Shown one piece after another: positions 26,099-36,677 of a stretch of DNA of 57,257 nucleotides. The notes beneath the pieces were generated by a model. That model ran no database searches and was not told the DNA's origin. It was given only the letters and a program-made list of their open reading frames with translations. The DNA is taken from IMG/VR virus record IMGVR_UViG_3300038393_002601, positions 1 through 57,257 of that record; one strand, written 5' to 3'. Numbering within the stretch: position 1 is the first letter of the stretch; every line of letters starts with the position of its first letter. The translations under genes were made by a program, and so were the position numbers. The DNA is from a virus (lineage: Duplodnaviria > Caudoviricetes).

Positions 26099-26416
26099 CT
26101 AGTGCATCACATGTCCTGCTAGTAGTGCACCCACAAGCGTCACTAGGAAAGAAAGAACTGCTGCTGCCCAAGCGGGAAGTCTGCCTTGTTTTTCATATAA
26201 CACATGCAGTTCCTTTTTGACTTTCTCCAATTCTTCTTCTGCATCGCAAATGCGTTCATGAAGATGTTTGACTGTGCTTTCGACTTCGGTACGGGGAACA
26301 AATTTTTTATCCATGTTGTCATTAAACGCGTCGATTTTCCCCTCAAGTTTACCGAGTAACTTCTCAATCGACTCGATGGATGTTTCAATTTTGGCCAGAC
26401 GTTCTTTATCTTCCAT
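26099..26416 (-). CDS. Coiled-coil + C-terminal TM protein (XhlA/holin-like)
   Basis: ERLAKIET coiled coil, C-terminal TM, first gene of lysis cassette. Confidence 0.6.
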   Translation of the reverse strand: MEDKERLAKIETSIESIEKLLGKLEGKIDAFNDNMDKKFVPRTEVESTVKHLHERICDAEEELEKVKKELHVLYEKQGRLPAWAAAVLSFLVTLVGALLAGHVMH

Positions 26417-26445
26417 AATTGCACCTACTTTTCTTTAAAATTGAA

Positions 26446-26973
26446 TTACCAGGTGATTGCGTCGATTTGATCTTCTGTGGTGGCAGCCAGGACTTGTGCC
26501 TTCAAAGACCAATATTTTTGAATTTGGCTTTGCTTGAAGGCGATGGCGTCTTTGCATAAAGCAATGAATTGATCTCGGCTGTGTTCAAGAACACCTGCGT
26601 CCATGGTTTTCCATTGAAGGGTTGTAATGGTGGGGTCTGCATTGATTAAGGTGAGTTGTCCGTTGAGGTTGAGTTGGTCATCGTAGCTGAATTGATACGT
26701 GTGGCTTGTACCTAAACAAGCAGAAGAAAAGCCCGCTAGGATTGCTCCATTGCAGGCTTGATTTAACTCGTTCATTTTTTCTTGTTGATAAATCGGAATC
26801 CACCAACTTGCTAGATCATTTTGTGTTGGTTGAGGAACGTCTTCTCCACTTTCGACCTGTAAGGACCAATCCATAATTTGAGCACCATTTCCGTCCAGAC
26901 GATCAACGACGAAGAAATCAACGTTAGGTATCGCGTTTGGATATTTCGATAAAATCACTTTTTCAATATTCAT
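26446..26973 (-). CDS. XkdW-like + DUF4376 tail-fibre assembly protein
   Basis: YPNA....DF.V.D..DG.G..I..W......P N-terminus; LK..V.AA....IDAI.W C-terminus. Confidence 0.75.
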   Translation of the reverse strand: MNIEKVILSKYPNAIPNVDFFVVDRLDGNGAQIMDWSLQVESGEDVPQPTQNDLASWWIPIYQQEKMNELNQACNGAILAGFSSACLGTSHTYQFSYDDQLNLNGQLTLINADPTITTLQWKTMDAGVLEHSRDQFIALCKDAIAFKQSQIQKYWSLKAQVLAATTEDQIDAITW

Positions 26974-26986
26974 TTTTTGTTCCTCC

Positions 26987-28171
26987 TTACGTCAATCGAC
27001 CAACTGTGAAGATCGAACCTAGGTTATCCGCTGCAAGCGTAATACTAGCTGAAGTGTAAACATAAATTTCGATGATATCATTTAAAGCTAACTCTAGTTC
27101 ACAATAACCGGATACAGGAAGGTTGTACGTTTGGGTACTCGAACTTACCGTACCTGAAGCACGGCATGCCATAGAACCATTTTTAAATACGCCAATATAA
27201 ATCAATGTATTAACCGCAGGGGTTGTTACAAACAAACTAGAACTAATCGCATACGTACCAGCGTTTTTCGCCTTAAATTGAGAGTAACCAGCGGGGCACT
27301 CTCCAAGTAAGTCCCTATCAATCGTCTGGAATCCAACTTTTACCCAAGTATTTAACGTGCTTATGGTTTGAGCGGTCGATAAATGTTGATACACATACGT
27401 CCTCTTCGTGTAATCATCGTTCCAAACGTTAAATGAGTTTCCTGATTTGAGCGTCCCTTTGACGACCATATTCCCTGAGCCATCATCCAGCGTGGAACCG
27501 CCAAAGGTGGTGGTTGCCCCTGCAGCACTTAATTTGAGTACGTTGTTATTCGCAACTTTTATATTTAACCCAAAGTCCGATGAAGGTGTCGCATTATAGG
27601 ATAATCCTGTGAAGGTACCACGGCCAGCGTCTAATTGTAGCTGTGGAATGTTTTTATTAATCCAAAGATCAGAAGTGAAAAAGGATCCTGTTCCGTTGGT
27701 GGTAGGTGGTGTGGTTGAAGGAAGTGATGCATCAGGGGTGTTGTCAGTGAAGACCTGCGTGGAGTTATCTGCAAACTGTTTGACTAAATAAAAGGTACTT
27801 CCGTTCACTTTGGTACGATATAAATTCCGTGCGATGACGAGCGGGCCACCGACAGGAATCCCAGTGAGGCTAATGGTTCCGTTCCCTGCTGGGGTTGTAA
27901 TGGAAAACGCGGTGCTGGGAAGCGTTTCTCCTGTGATGGACAGCGTCCCATCTGATTTTCTGTATCCCGTGAGGTAGGTGACTACATATTGGTACGCTCC
28001 CGCTCCCAGATTTGTCCCTGCAGATGTGGATCCCGTAATCGTATTAGTTGGTGCAGCCGTGGCCGGTGCGATGGTTATCCCACCGATATCGTGTTTTCCA
28101 CTAAAAAAGTCGGTCACTTGGGCAATATCTGATGCCATAGGTAAATCTCCGACGTTTATTTTATAAAGCAC
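26987..28171 (-). CDS. Tail fibre / receptor-binding protein (C-terminal C1q/TNF-like head)
   Basis: G/T-rich beta repeats; F.A..AGTY.I....LELALND.IEIYV. Confidence 0.75.
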   Translation of the reverse strand: MLYKINVGDLPMASDIAQVTDFFSGKHDIGGITIAPATAAPTNTITGSTSAGTNLGAGAYQYVVTYLTGYRKSDGTLSITGETLPSTAFSITTPAGNGTISLTGIPVGGPLVIARNLYRTKVNGSTFYLVKQFADNSTQVFTDNTPDASLPSTTPPTTNGTGSFFTSDLWINKNIPQLQLDAGRGTFTGLSYNATPSSDFGLNIKVANNNVLKLSAAGATTTFGGSTLDDGSGNMVVKGTLKSGNSFNVWNDDYTKRTYVYQHLSTAQTISTLNTWVKVGFQTIDRDLLGECPAGYSQFKAKNAGTYAISSSLFVTTPAVNTLIYIGVFKNGSMACRASGTVSSSTQTYNLPVSGYCELELALNDIIEIYVYTSASITLAADNLGSIFTVGRLT

Positions 28172-28184
28172 TGAAAATCACCTC

Positions 28185-28688
28185 CTAGTTGCCAAGTTGT
28201 AAAATGTTCCATTGAATGGACAGGGTACTGGTATTGTCATGCGAGACACCTGATAGCTGCACATGGCTCCATAATTGCCCGTATGAGTCCCACAGACCGC
28301 ATTCAGTGATTTGTATGGCTCCATTGGGGTTCGAGCCGGTTATCGTTTCTATGGCCTCTGTTTGCAGATAGGTCACCGAATATTGCGTGTAATATTGTAG
28401 CCAGGTAGTCGCATAATCTATTTTTTTCTTGGATCCTGCGATTTCACTCCACAACCCTGTATCGTCTGGCGTGGGTCCCGTTTGCCCCGATGGTGGTGAT
28501 CCCGTCCCTAGGGAAATTTGATTGGGCGTATAGATGGGAAGACCCGCCCATAATCCAGCAGCTTGACCTCTTGCGTAGTTTGTAATTTGGTTTTTAAATG
28601 TTTCATCAAACAACAATAACCCCGTTTTTTTATCGTGTTTCATCACCCGTACTGTTCCATATGCTAGGCTGGCGTCCATTACGACCAC
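28185..28688 (-). CDS. Tail/baseplate protein
   Basis: N.IT..., GTG.....DT.L..E, ITE.GL motifs. Confidence 0.7.
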   Translation of the reverse strand: MVVMDASLAYGTVRVMKHDKKTGLLLFDETFKNQITNYARGQAAGLWAGLPIYTPNQISLGTGSPPSGQTGPTPDDTGLWSEIAGSKKKIDYATTWLQYYTQYSVTYLQTEAIETITGSNPNGAIQITECGLWDSYGQLWSHVQLSGVSHDNTSTLSIQWNILQLGN

Positions 28689-28948
28689 CTTCCGCCGCTA
28701 CTCCATAACCATCCGCAGCTTGGAGCTTGGTACGCATTTCCGTTTGAATCATAAGCTGTGTACGTCGATCCGTTCCCCCAAACGAATGACGATGGTGCGG
28801 CCGTTCGAAATCGAATGCTTTCGGATGCCGACACTTGATCGTAAGGACTTGCATAGGCTTGCAGGACTACGTTGTTCGGATCGACATCATCCGCAATCGC
28901 GTTTTGCCGTAAATCTTTAATCAGTCTTACAAATGTATCGAGTTTCAC
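28679..28948 (-). CDS. Minor tail protein
   Basis: GTG after GGAGG; position in the tail module. Confidence 0.6.
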   Translation of the reverse strand: MKLDTFVRLIKDLRQNAIADDVDPNNVVLQAYASPYDQVSASESIRFRTAAPSSFVWGNGSTYTAYDSNGNAYQAPSCGWLWSSGGRWS

Positions 28949-28970
28949 TAAAATCCCTCCGTTCGAACGG

Positions 28971-30425
28971 TTAAACGAGATACGGACTGTCTGCAAATTC
29001 AACCGTATACTGCGTAATTAATCCCGTGGTATCGTTTTGTACAATGGTTTTGGTTACTCGCTGGACAAACATCACCTCATTGAGTCCTCCAAATCTTCGA
29101 TTCGTGACCAACATGAAATTTTGACCTGCACGCCATCCCGCTGATGACGTGGAATTAAAGAAAGTGGTAAACGATCCTGTAATTTGTGGGAATTGATATT
29201 TGGTGAGAAGCAGTTCCCCTTTGGCTTTAACGGCCGTCATGGTGGCGTTCGTCAATGATTTATCGTCATCCACGTATTCATAGATGCCATTGGTTCCTTC
29301 AAGAGCTGCGGTTTGTTGTTGTGCAAGTGGGTTTTGAGCGAGGAAAACCGTATCTTTCAAGTAGAAGAATCGAACAGCTACGACATAACCAGATGGAATT
29401 GCTCCGCCGTTATAATTGGAGATTCGCACCAAGTGCTCGCTGTATTGAATGTAGGCGGTGTTTACTGCCCCTTGTTGGTCTGGAGATCCATCGACTACGT
29501 CTCGTTTGATAGTCATCACGGTACCCCCGGTGCAGACACCCCCATTTTGAAACGACAGATCATTTTGATATGCCTGGAGAGATGGATAAACAGCAACGGC
29601 CACATCCCCTTTGGCGGAGCTGATGCGATATCCTGTCGACCATTGTGTGGTTTGATCGTCCCCCGTAAACGTAAGCATCATAAATCGTCCTGAACGAGTT
29701 TTAAACCCCTTGAGAAAGACGCGATTATATTGTTGTTCCGAGTTTTCGACGATCTCTAAATCACCGTAGTTTTGCATGTCGGTATCCACGTTTAATGTGT
29801 TATTGGGTAATGGACTAGGGAAGTTTTCAGCGGGGTAAAAATGCACATCCGCCCATGGATCAATGTACCAACCCCATTCAATTTGGTCGGCGATATTTTT
29901 AATGCAATCGGATACTTTTTGGTAGTCAAAATATTGAGGAATGACAAGCGTTCCAGAGTTCCTTACATTATAGGTGGTAAAGCCTTGGGTGAAGGTGCTC
30001 ACGATTTTTTTGATGATGTTTTCAGGAGCATCTTGGTTATACCAGGCAGTGACGAGCCTTCGGTCTAGAAAATGTTCGAATGATTTAACATGCACATCAT
30101 AGCGGAGTAATCCCTCATCATCATTTTCCTTGACTTCCACAATTACGCCTGCGAATTCTCGATTCGGTTTTCGCGTGCCATCAGGAGCTATCACCATTAC
30201 ATTAGGATTTTGCCAAAGGGCCGTTTGTCCGCATTTGGGTCGCATAGCAGTTACCATCTGTGAGGTAGTCGTATCGAGGACTTTATCGATGCCTGGATTT
30301 ACGTACACGGAAAAATTCATCGTATCGCTCGTTTGAATGATGTTATTATCCACCGTGACCGTATCGTATGGGATAAGCGGCGTATAATCGAGCATACCAA
30401 TTAGAATTTGAACAGTGTTTGCCAC
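28971..30425 (-). CDS. Tail tip / hub protein
   Basis: 484 aa after the tape measure gene; W.WYID...VHF. Confidence 0.7.
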   Translation of the reverse strand: MANTVQILIGMLDYTPLIPYDTVTVDNNIIQTSDTMNFSVYVNPGIDKVLDTTTSQMVTAMRPKCGQTALWQNPNVMVIAPDGTRKPNREFAGVIVEVKENDDEGLLRYDVHVKSFEHFLDRRLVTAWYNQDAPENIIKKIVSTFTQGFTTYNVRNSGTLVIPQYFDYQKVSDCIKNIADQIEWGWYIDPWADVHFYPAENFPSPLPNNTLNVDTDMQNYGDLEIVENSEQQYNRVFLKGFKTRSGRFMMLTFTGDDQTTQWSTGYRISSAKGDVAVAVYPSLQAYQNDLSFQNGGVCTGGTVMTIKRDVVDGSPDQQGAVNTAYIQYSEHLVRISNYNGGAIPSGYVVAVRFFYLKDTVFLAQNPLAQQQTAALEGTNGIYEYVDDDKSLTNATMTAVKAKGELLLTKYQFPQITGSFTTFFNSTSSAGWRAGQNFMLVTNRRFGGLNEVMFVQRVTKTIVQNDTTGLITQYTVEFADSPYLV

Positions 30426-30450
30426 ATTCTCACCTCCTTGCTTTGGGAAT

Positions 30451-30487
30451 AAAAATAACGAGCAGACATGTGTTCTGCTCGTTATTT
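30451..30487 (-). terminator. Internal late-operon terminator
   Basis: AAATAACGAGCAGA/CTGCTCGTTATTT stem + T tract. Confidence 0.65.
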
Positions 30488-33400
30488 GCCACTGACCATC
30501 GACATTTGTGTACGGAACACTTTGCCGATGTTTTCAGCGAGTTCTTTATTGGTTTTTGCGGAATGACCATCCACCTGAATGTTGACGATAACTCCGTTAT
30601 TTCCTTTGGTAGTTGGAGCCACTGGATATTTATGGGAGTTTGTTAATTGAGCTACGTGTTGATGGGTTTGCGTCATCCCGACATTGACGCCCATAGCGAC
30701 TTTCGCTACGGCTTGTTGCAGCTTTGGCGTGTTCTCTTCAATGCCTTTGGTAAACATGTTCATCATGTTCGGCATCCACCTATCAGATTGACCTGGTCCC
30801 GCTGGTCCTTCTTTAGCAGGCGACGAAAACCCTAAAAACGATTTAATTTTACTCGCCACGTTGGATACGGCATCTCCGACGGCTTTAATTCCACTTGTGA
30901 TCCCTTGTACCAACATGTGCATGAGATTTTTACCCGCATTGAGCAAATCGCCTCCGAGATTGCCAAAAAACGAAAGAATGTCGTTCCAGAGATTTACGAA
31001 CATCGATTTGATAGTATCCCACGCCTTGCCCCAATTTCCGGTTAAGATATCGAGGGCGGTACCAATAATCCCAGAAATCACGTCCCAGGCGATTTTCAGT
31101 ACCCCTACAATGGTGTCAAATACCGTTTTCACAACGGATCCGATAACATTCCAGACACTGCTCCAGATTCCCTTAATAAAGCCGAGGGCCCCTGCAATGA
31201 TCGGATAAATGACTGCTAACGCAGCACCAATTACATCCTGAATGACTTTCCACACGAAAACCAGAACTTGCTTAATTTCATCCCAGTGAGCTTTCCAAAA
31301 CTCCGATATTCGATTGACTGCCCCCATAATAAAGGGCTCTACATAGCTCCATGCTGCAGTGACCGCGTTTTTAATGGCGTCGAACACTTCACCAAATATT
31401 TTTCCAAGTTCTTGGATTACTTTGCCGACTGTAGAAGCGAACTGTTTGATGGTATTAGGAAAGTTTTTTCCAAAGTGTTCGGAAACCCACTGCTTAATTT
31501 TGCTCCAGTTTGCGATAATCGCACCAACACCGGCCGCAACGGCAATAATCAAGATTCCCCATGGTCCCGTCATGGCTGTTAGGGCCCCTCTGAGGAAGCC
31601 ACCAAACCCTGTGATTAATCCTTTGGCTGCACCGATAATGTTTGTCCACGAGAACGCTTTGGTGACTGCCGATAGAATTCCTTTGCCCCATGTCACTACA
31701 TTAAAAGATAAAAGAGCACGGAAGAATGATCCAAAGCCTGCTATCGTATTGGTAAGGATATGAGCGACTCCTTCTTTGAAGAAATTCATGGCCGCTCCTG
31801 CTCGGGTGAAATTCAAAACAAAGAAATGAGCAACTCCGGTCGATGCTTCTCCCAGTTTCCCAAATAACCCTGGGATTCCTCTGATGGCTCCTGAGATGCC
31901 TGCGGCCCCACTGAAAATCCCTTTGGCAGCCATGCTTGCACCACCTGCTACCATGGAACCCATTTTCAAGGCTCCTCCTCCAACTCCCATAAACAACTCA
32001 CCGATCGGCAGAAGAATGTTTCCGAGTCCTCCAATTAACCCCGTAACCACCTTCAAAGGACCACCAAACAACATGAATGCACCCGCTAATGCTACGATTT
32101 GCGGATGTGTTGCAGCAAATTGAAGGACTTGTTTTGCTATTGGAGCGATCGCATGTCCAAATGATTCAATCGCAGGCAAAGCTGCCATGAATCCCTTGAA
32201 GATAGCGTCTAAAAACTCTTTAGCATATGGCTTTAATTCCACAAATGCTTTGCGGAAGTTCGCGGCAAATTCGTCCCAGTATGGTTTTACAAAGGTGATG
32301 ACTTCCGAGACGATTTTCTTAACTTCTGCGAATACCGTTGCTGTTTTTTCACGAATGCCATCAAAGTTTGTATCCCATGCTTTTTTAAGTAGCACAACAG
32401 CACCTACTACGGCCCCTGAAATGGCGATGAATCCAAGGAAAGGTGCAAGTAATGGGGTTTCTACTTCTGCAAAGGAGGCAAGACCTGATTTTAAAAAGCC
32501 AAGTGTTGCGATAAAGGCTAAAATTCCGCCACCAACCGCAATTAACACGCCTCCGATCGCTGCAAATCGAATGATGAAATCACGGATACCGGGATTCATT
32601 TTTTCAAACGACACCATCAAGTGTTCCAAAAATGGCAAGACGGACTCGACCAGTGGTCGTAACGCTTCCCCGATGACTTTTTGGAACGTTGCAAATTGAG
32701 CATGTAGCCTTTGCAGTTGCATCCCAAAACCTTCAGATTTCTCCGTCAAGGCATCTGTTACAGCATTTTGGTTCTTCATCGCGTTGGTCATCGCATCAAA
32801 TTCATCTGGAGCGGTGTTAATGAGGGTCATCATTTGCTTGATGGCGTATTGTCCGAAAATGGTCTTAATGGCTTGCTCTTTTTGAGCATCTGTTAAGTCC
32901 TTCATACTGTTTGCAAGGATTTTTTGCACATCAGCAAGTGATTTCATGTGGCCGGATGCATCAAAGAACGCATTTCCTCCATCTTTGGTGACCAAACCGA
33001 GTTTTTCCATAGTTGCAGCTGCTGCATCGGATTGTGGTTGAAGGTTCGTGAGCATTCTTTGAAGTCCATTTCCGGCCATTGTCCCGCGTATCCCATGCTC
33101 GCCGAGAATCGCGATGGCAGCTGATAAATCCGTAATGGATACGCCTGTCGCGGATGCTAACGGACCCACGTATTTCATGGTATTTAGGTAGTCATCCATG
33201 CTCAGTCGTGCTTTATGCAAGGTTTCCGTCATGGCATTACCCACACCTTGCATTTGATCTTGCAAGTTATCTCCGAAATCACGCTTCAGTGATTCGCCCA
33301 TTTCGTGCATGATATCGGTTAGTACATTGGCCGTTGCGTCTAAATCTTCTTGATTCGCGGCAGCTACGTTGTGCGTTTCTTGAATCATTCCGTTCATCAT

Positions 33401-34114
33401 TTGGCTATAGGTGACGCCTTGCTTTGCCAACACGTTCATCGCATCCCCGATTTGGTTGGCGGAGAAGAAACCTGCGTTACTGAGATCAATCGCTTTCTGT
33501 TTCATGGTTTCAATGGCTTGAGTGGAGTTTTGCATGGCTGGATCGAGGTTAATTTTAAATGAGGCTGCTGTGTTAACGATGGATTGGTCAAATTCGGCTG
33601 ATTTAGAAATGGCTTCGCCAAAGAAATCGGTCACTTGCTTCCCCATCTCTTTTATAATCGAACCCGAGATCATCAGTTCCCCGAAATTCAGGCTCTTTTT
33701 AATCTTCTCAGCACCATCTGTGATGGGAGGGACCACTCCATTCATGCTATCACCCATCATTTTTCCGCCCTCTTGAATTTGGAGAAATGCCTCTTGAGCG
33801 GTTTTTGCTAGATCTTTAAAAGCGGACATTTCAGTGCGAATCGATTCATCCATCTTGAGTGTGGATTCACCCATGACATTGGACATGTCTTGCATCGCTT
33901 TGGTCATGGTCTCCGCATTCGTCATAAAACTGTTCACGACGCTTTGGGAGAGTGGATTTTTGAATTTCGGCTGGGCTTCTCCGAGAACGGACATGGCTTC
34001 TTTGATTTTGGAAAAGGATGATTCGATGTTCGCCGCAAAAGCATCAATTACTTTTGTGGCCTGATCTTGAGCTGAAATGACCAAATTTAATTGCGTTTGT
34101 TGATTGGTTGCCAA
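30482..34114 (-). CDS. Tape measure protein (TP901-like core)
   Basis: 1210 aa; GI.G..AG..L..ML; hydrophobic and W-repeat segments; SSPAKEGP. Confidence 0.93.
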   Translation of the reverse strand: MATNQQTQLNLVISAQDQATKVIDAFAANIESSFSKIKEAMSVLGEAQPKFKNPLSQSVVNSFMTNAETMTKAMQDMSNVMGESTLKMDESIRTEMSAFKDLAKTAQEAFLQIQEGGKMMGDSMNGVVPPITDGAEKIKKSLNFGELMISGSIIKEMGKQVTDFFGEAISKSAEFDQSIVNTAASFKINLDPAMQNSTQAIETMKQKAIDLSNAGFFSANQIGDAMNVLAKQGVTYSQMMNGMIQETHNVAAANQEDLDATANVLTDIMHEMGESLKRDFGDNLQDQMQGVGNAMTETLHKARLSMDDYLNTMKYVGPLASATGVSITDLSAAIAILGEHGIRGTMAGNGLQRMLTNLQPQSDAAAATMEKLGLVTKDGGNAFFDASGHMKSLADVQKILANSMKDLTDAQKEQAIKTIFGQYAIKQMMTLINTAPDEFDAMTNAMKNQNAVTDALTEKSEGFGMQLQRLHAQFATFQKVIGEALRPLVESVLPFLEHLMVSFEKMNPGIRDFIIRFAAIGGVLIAVGGGILAFIATLGFLKSGLASFAEVETPLLAPFLGFIAISGAVVGAVVLLKKAWDTNFDGIREKTATVFAEVKKIVSEVITFVKPYWDEFAANFRKAFVELKPYAKEFLDAIFKGFMAALPAIESFGHAIAPIAKQVLQFAATHPQIVALAGAFMLFGGPLKVVTGLIGGLGNILLPIGELFMGVGGGALKMGSMVAGGASMAAKGIFSGAAGISGAIRGIPGLFGKLGEASTGVAHFFVLNFTRAGAAMNFFKEGVAHILTNTIAGFGSFFRALLSFNVVTWGKGILSAVTKAFSWTNIIGAAKGLITGFGGFLRGALTAMTGPWGILIIAVAAGVGAIIANWSKIKQWVSEHFGKNFPNTIKQFASTVGKVIQELGKIFGEVFDAIKNAVTAAWSYVEPFIMGAVNRISEFWKAHWDEIKQVLVFVWKVIQDVIGAALAVIYPIIAGALGFIKGIWSSVWNVIGSVVKTVFDTIVGVLKIAWDVISGIIGTALDILTGNWGKAWDTIKSMFVNLWNDILSFFGNLGGDLLNAGKNLMHMLVQGITSGIKAVGDAVSNVASKIKSFLGFSSPAKEGPAGPGQSDRWMPNMMNMFTKGIEENTPKLQQAVAKVAMGVNVGMTQTHQHVAQLTNSHKYPVAPTTKGNNGVIVNIQVDGHSAKTNKELAENIGKVFRTQMSMVSGK

Positions 34115-34127
34115 TCCATCTCACCTC

Positions 34128-34624
34128 CTAACTTTGCTGAGATTTCTGGTACACACTTTCCCGGTTTAAAAATAAAAAAGCCTGCTCGATTCTCCAAGCA
34201 GGCTGTTCTTCTAGTTCAGTAAATGTCCATCCCATTTCGCGGCAGAGTTGAAACTCCGAGTATTCAGGCGGTGAATCACCGTAATCTCTCAGAGCCTTAT
34301 CCACCGCATCAATTAGTTTTTTTCAGCCACCTTATCGGTGTAGCTGGTTCCGAATGCTTTCACGACTTCTTCTACGACATCTGCTGGAACATCGCCAACG
34401 GTATCTGCCGTCAAAGGAAACGTGATAGGCTTCTTGTCTTCGTCTAACATATATCCGCTTTTGATTAAAACAACCGCAATGTATTCGGATAAATCAAGCT
34501 GAGCGGGGATATCGCCTTCTTTGTATTGCTTGGTGATTTCTTTTTTCTCTTTCCATTTGAGTTTCTTCGGGTCTTTAATTTCAACAAAATACCCTTCGCC
34601 TAACTGTGGAAAATCAATACGCAT
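34128..34624 (-). CDS. Tail assembly chaperone G (34313-34624) and -1 frameshift product G-T
   Basis: Slippery A AAA AAC at 34322-34316 before TAA; -1 frame open for 62 codons incl. CREMGWTFTELEEQP, stop at 34128. Confidence 0.85.
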
Positions 34625-34639
34625 AGTTATATACCTCCA

Positions 34640-35560
34640 TTAGTAACTTGCTATGTTATTTTTAAGGGTAACCGTCATCATTCCAGCATCTGCGACGTTG
34701 TAGAAGGCACGGAATTCAGCATCTACACGTAAGAATTCACCTGAACGGTCGATCGTTGCCTTGCTGAAGTCCGCATTTGAGATATGGAATTCGATGGACG
34801 TGTTATCGTCACGATTAAATGTAAGATCTACAGAAGGACGAGTGTTGTTACGGTACATTAGCCATTCGGATTCGTCTTCGACGTCGAAGGTGAATTTACC
34901 AGTTACTTCAATTCTTCCAGTGGAATATTTGCTAGGATCAGCCGTTCCATTTGCCGCAAAAATCATTTGAGTGGCCCGTTTAATGGAAATTTCTCCACCA
35001 ACCATGTTCAAATTTTGCGTTCCATTGAGGGTTAAAGATGATTGGAACCCAGTAAATGGGTCGGATGTATTGAACGTTGGAGAGGTTTGAGTGGCAACGG
35101 CAGAACCCTTAGAGAGATATTTTGCGGATACGGTAAACAGGTTTTCTGTATCAAACTTAAATCCTACTTCTTCCATAACGGCTCCTGCATATTGACGCTC
35201 GGTGATTGAGTTATAGTCACTGAGTGTCAATGAAGGACTTAATGCATTTAATACCTGGAAGCTATGGGTGTAAGCACCAGCAGAACCCGTTGTTGTGTAA
35301 TTACTGAGGATTGGTTTTAAGAAATATCCGAGTAATTCTGGATAGCAAAAAGTATCAATTTGAACGGATCCTGAGCGAGCCGCATTATACACATTAAAAT
35401 CTTTTGTTAATACCCCGCGACGAGCTTCATCTACGATTTTTTTAACATTATCGTCTACTTTGATCGTGTTGTACGGAATGTACACTACTGGGGCTACTGC
35501 GGTACCAAATGTAGTTTCAAAGGCCATCCCAACGTGGCCAAGAGCGGATAAACGAGCCAT
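34640..35560 (-). CDS. Major tail (tube) protein
   Basis: 306 aa; ETTFGT start, YTHSF, upstream of chaperones; no sheath gene seen. Confidence 0.85.
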   Translation of the reverse strand: MARLSALGHVGMAFETTFGTAVAPVVYIPYNTIKVDDNVKKIVDEARRGVLTKDFNVYNAARSGSVQIDTFCYPELLGYFLKPILSNYTTTGSAGAYTHSFQVLNALSPSLTLSDYNSITERQYAGAVMEEVGFKFDTENLFTVSAKYLSKGSAVATQTSPTFNTSDPFTGFQSSLTLNGTQNLNMVGGEISIKRATQMIFAANGTADPSKYSTGRIEVTGKFTFDVEDESEWLMYRNNTRPSVDLTFNRDDNTSIEFHISNADFSKATIDRSGEFLRVDAEFRAFYNVADAGMMTVTLKNNIASY

Positions 35561-35728
35561 CTATTTTGCCTCCTTGGTAATCTCTTTTTTTGGTTTTTCA
35601 ATAACAACTTCTTCAAATGCTGCATTAACAAAGGAATCTTCCACTTCAATCACGTCTCCTGGTTGAACTACGAGATTCAACTTGGTTAATGTGACGGGAA
35701 TTGTTCCTACATAGCGAACTTTTTTCAT
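35561..35728 (-). CDS. 55-aa structural protein (not in ORF track)
   Basis: RBS AGGAGG; MKKVRYVG...VQPGDVIEV. Confidence 0.65.
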   Translation of the reverse strand: MKKVRYVGTIPVTLTKLNLVVQPGDVIEVEDSFVNAAFEEVVIEKPKKEITKEAK

Positions 35729-35739
35729 ACACTTGCCTC

Positions 35740-36183
35740 CTAGCCAGTTACCTGAACCGTAATATCGAATTGTTTGACAGCCAGTAACGCAACGTTTTGA
35801 CCGTTGACTAGCATCGGCGGGGATACATTCGTTTTGATGAACTCAATGGTAGATGCCAGCACCGTTCCCCCAAGGGTTACGTCACTGCGTAATTGCTGGT
35901 CAACCGCATCCAACAAGTCATCAAATTCAAGCTGACCGCTGCCATCTGTCGACTGGTCAATCGTAAATATTTCGAGTTGGGCCGTGAATTTAAGAAATTT
36001 CTTGCCGAGAGGAGCGGAAGCGGATGCTCTTGTTTCATCCGATTTGGGGAGATAAATGGTAATAATCGGGAAGCGGTTATCCAGTTTGCGGCGATACGTA
36101 TTCACTGCTTTAATTCCAGGGGTATTTTGCAGCAAGGTTTGAAGAGCTTGTTTTATGGTCTGTCTCACGGCATCACCACCCAA
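35740..36183 (-). CDS. Tail terminator / completion protein
   Basis: Position; FP.I.I and LR.D.TLGG motifs. Confidence 0.7.
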   Translation of the reverse strand: MGGDAVRQTIKQALQTLLQNTPGIKAVNTYRRKLDNRFPIITIYLPKSDETRASASAPLGKKFLKFTAQLEIFTIDQSTDGSGQLEFDDLLDAVDQQLRSDVTLGGTVLASTIEFIKTNVSPPMLVNGQNVALLAVKQFDITVQVTG

Positions 36184-36677
36184 TCAAGAAATTCGGTTAG
36201 GTGTTCGGTCATGGATTGAACCGCACCCTCGTTTGCCAGCCATTCCGCCACTTCGTCACTGTAATGCATGGGAACCCCAGGTGTACGTGAGCCCATTGGT
36301 TGTACTGGGTTGGCCCAATACTTCACGCCAGCTACCCCGTAATGCCGTAAATCAATCGGCATAGGTCTCCCGCTTTTGGAGTAAATCGGCCCGTCTCCGT
36401 TCCCTTGATCCAGCCATAGTGCTGCTACATCGGCTTCAAACGTGATTTCAAACCCACTTCCAAATGCGGTTACATGTGTTTGCAACGATTTTTGTGTATC
36501 TCCCGTAGCGGCAGGATCATTTCGCACGCCCAACAGATATGGCTTGATACGTTCTTCAGCAAGTTTGCCAATGTCTTCAGCAAGGCTTAAGCCCATAAAC
36601 ACTTCCCATTGCGTGGATGCATTTAAAAAGCGATTGATTTGCGATGTGGTGCGTTCATCAAATTGCATGGTAATCAT
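36165..36677 (-). CDS. Neck protein (HK97 gp10-like)
   Basis: TG....S motif; position in neck cluster. Confidence 0.6.
   Translation of the reverse strand: MITMQFDERTTSQINRFLNASTQWEVFMGLSLAEDIGKLAEERIKPYLLGVRNDPAATGDTQKSLQTHVTAFGSGFEITFEADVAALWLDQGNGDGPIYSKSGRPMPIDLRHYGVAGVKYWANPVQPMGSRTPGVPMHYSDEVAEWLANEGAVQSMTEHLTEFLDWVVMP

Noticed and set aside
30647-34064. Many + strand ORFs opposite the tape measure gene (and similar shadows opposite other long genes)
   Set aside because: Antisense shadows of strongly supported genes, lacking RBSs and motifs
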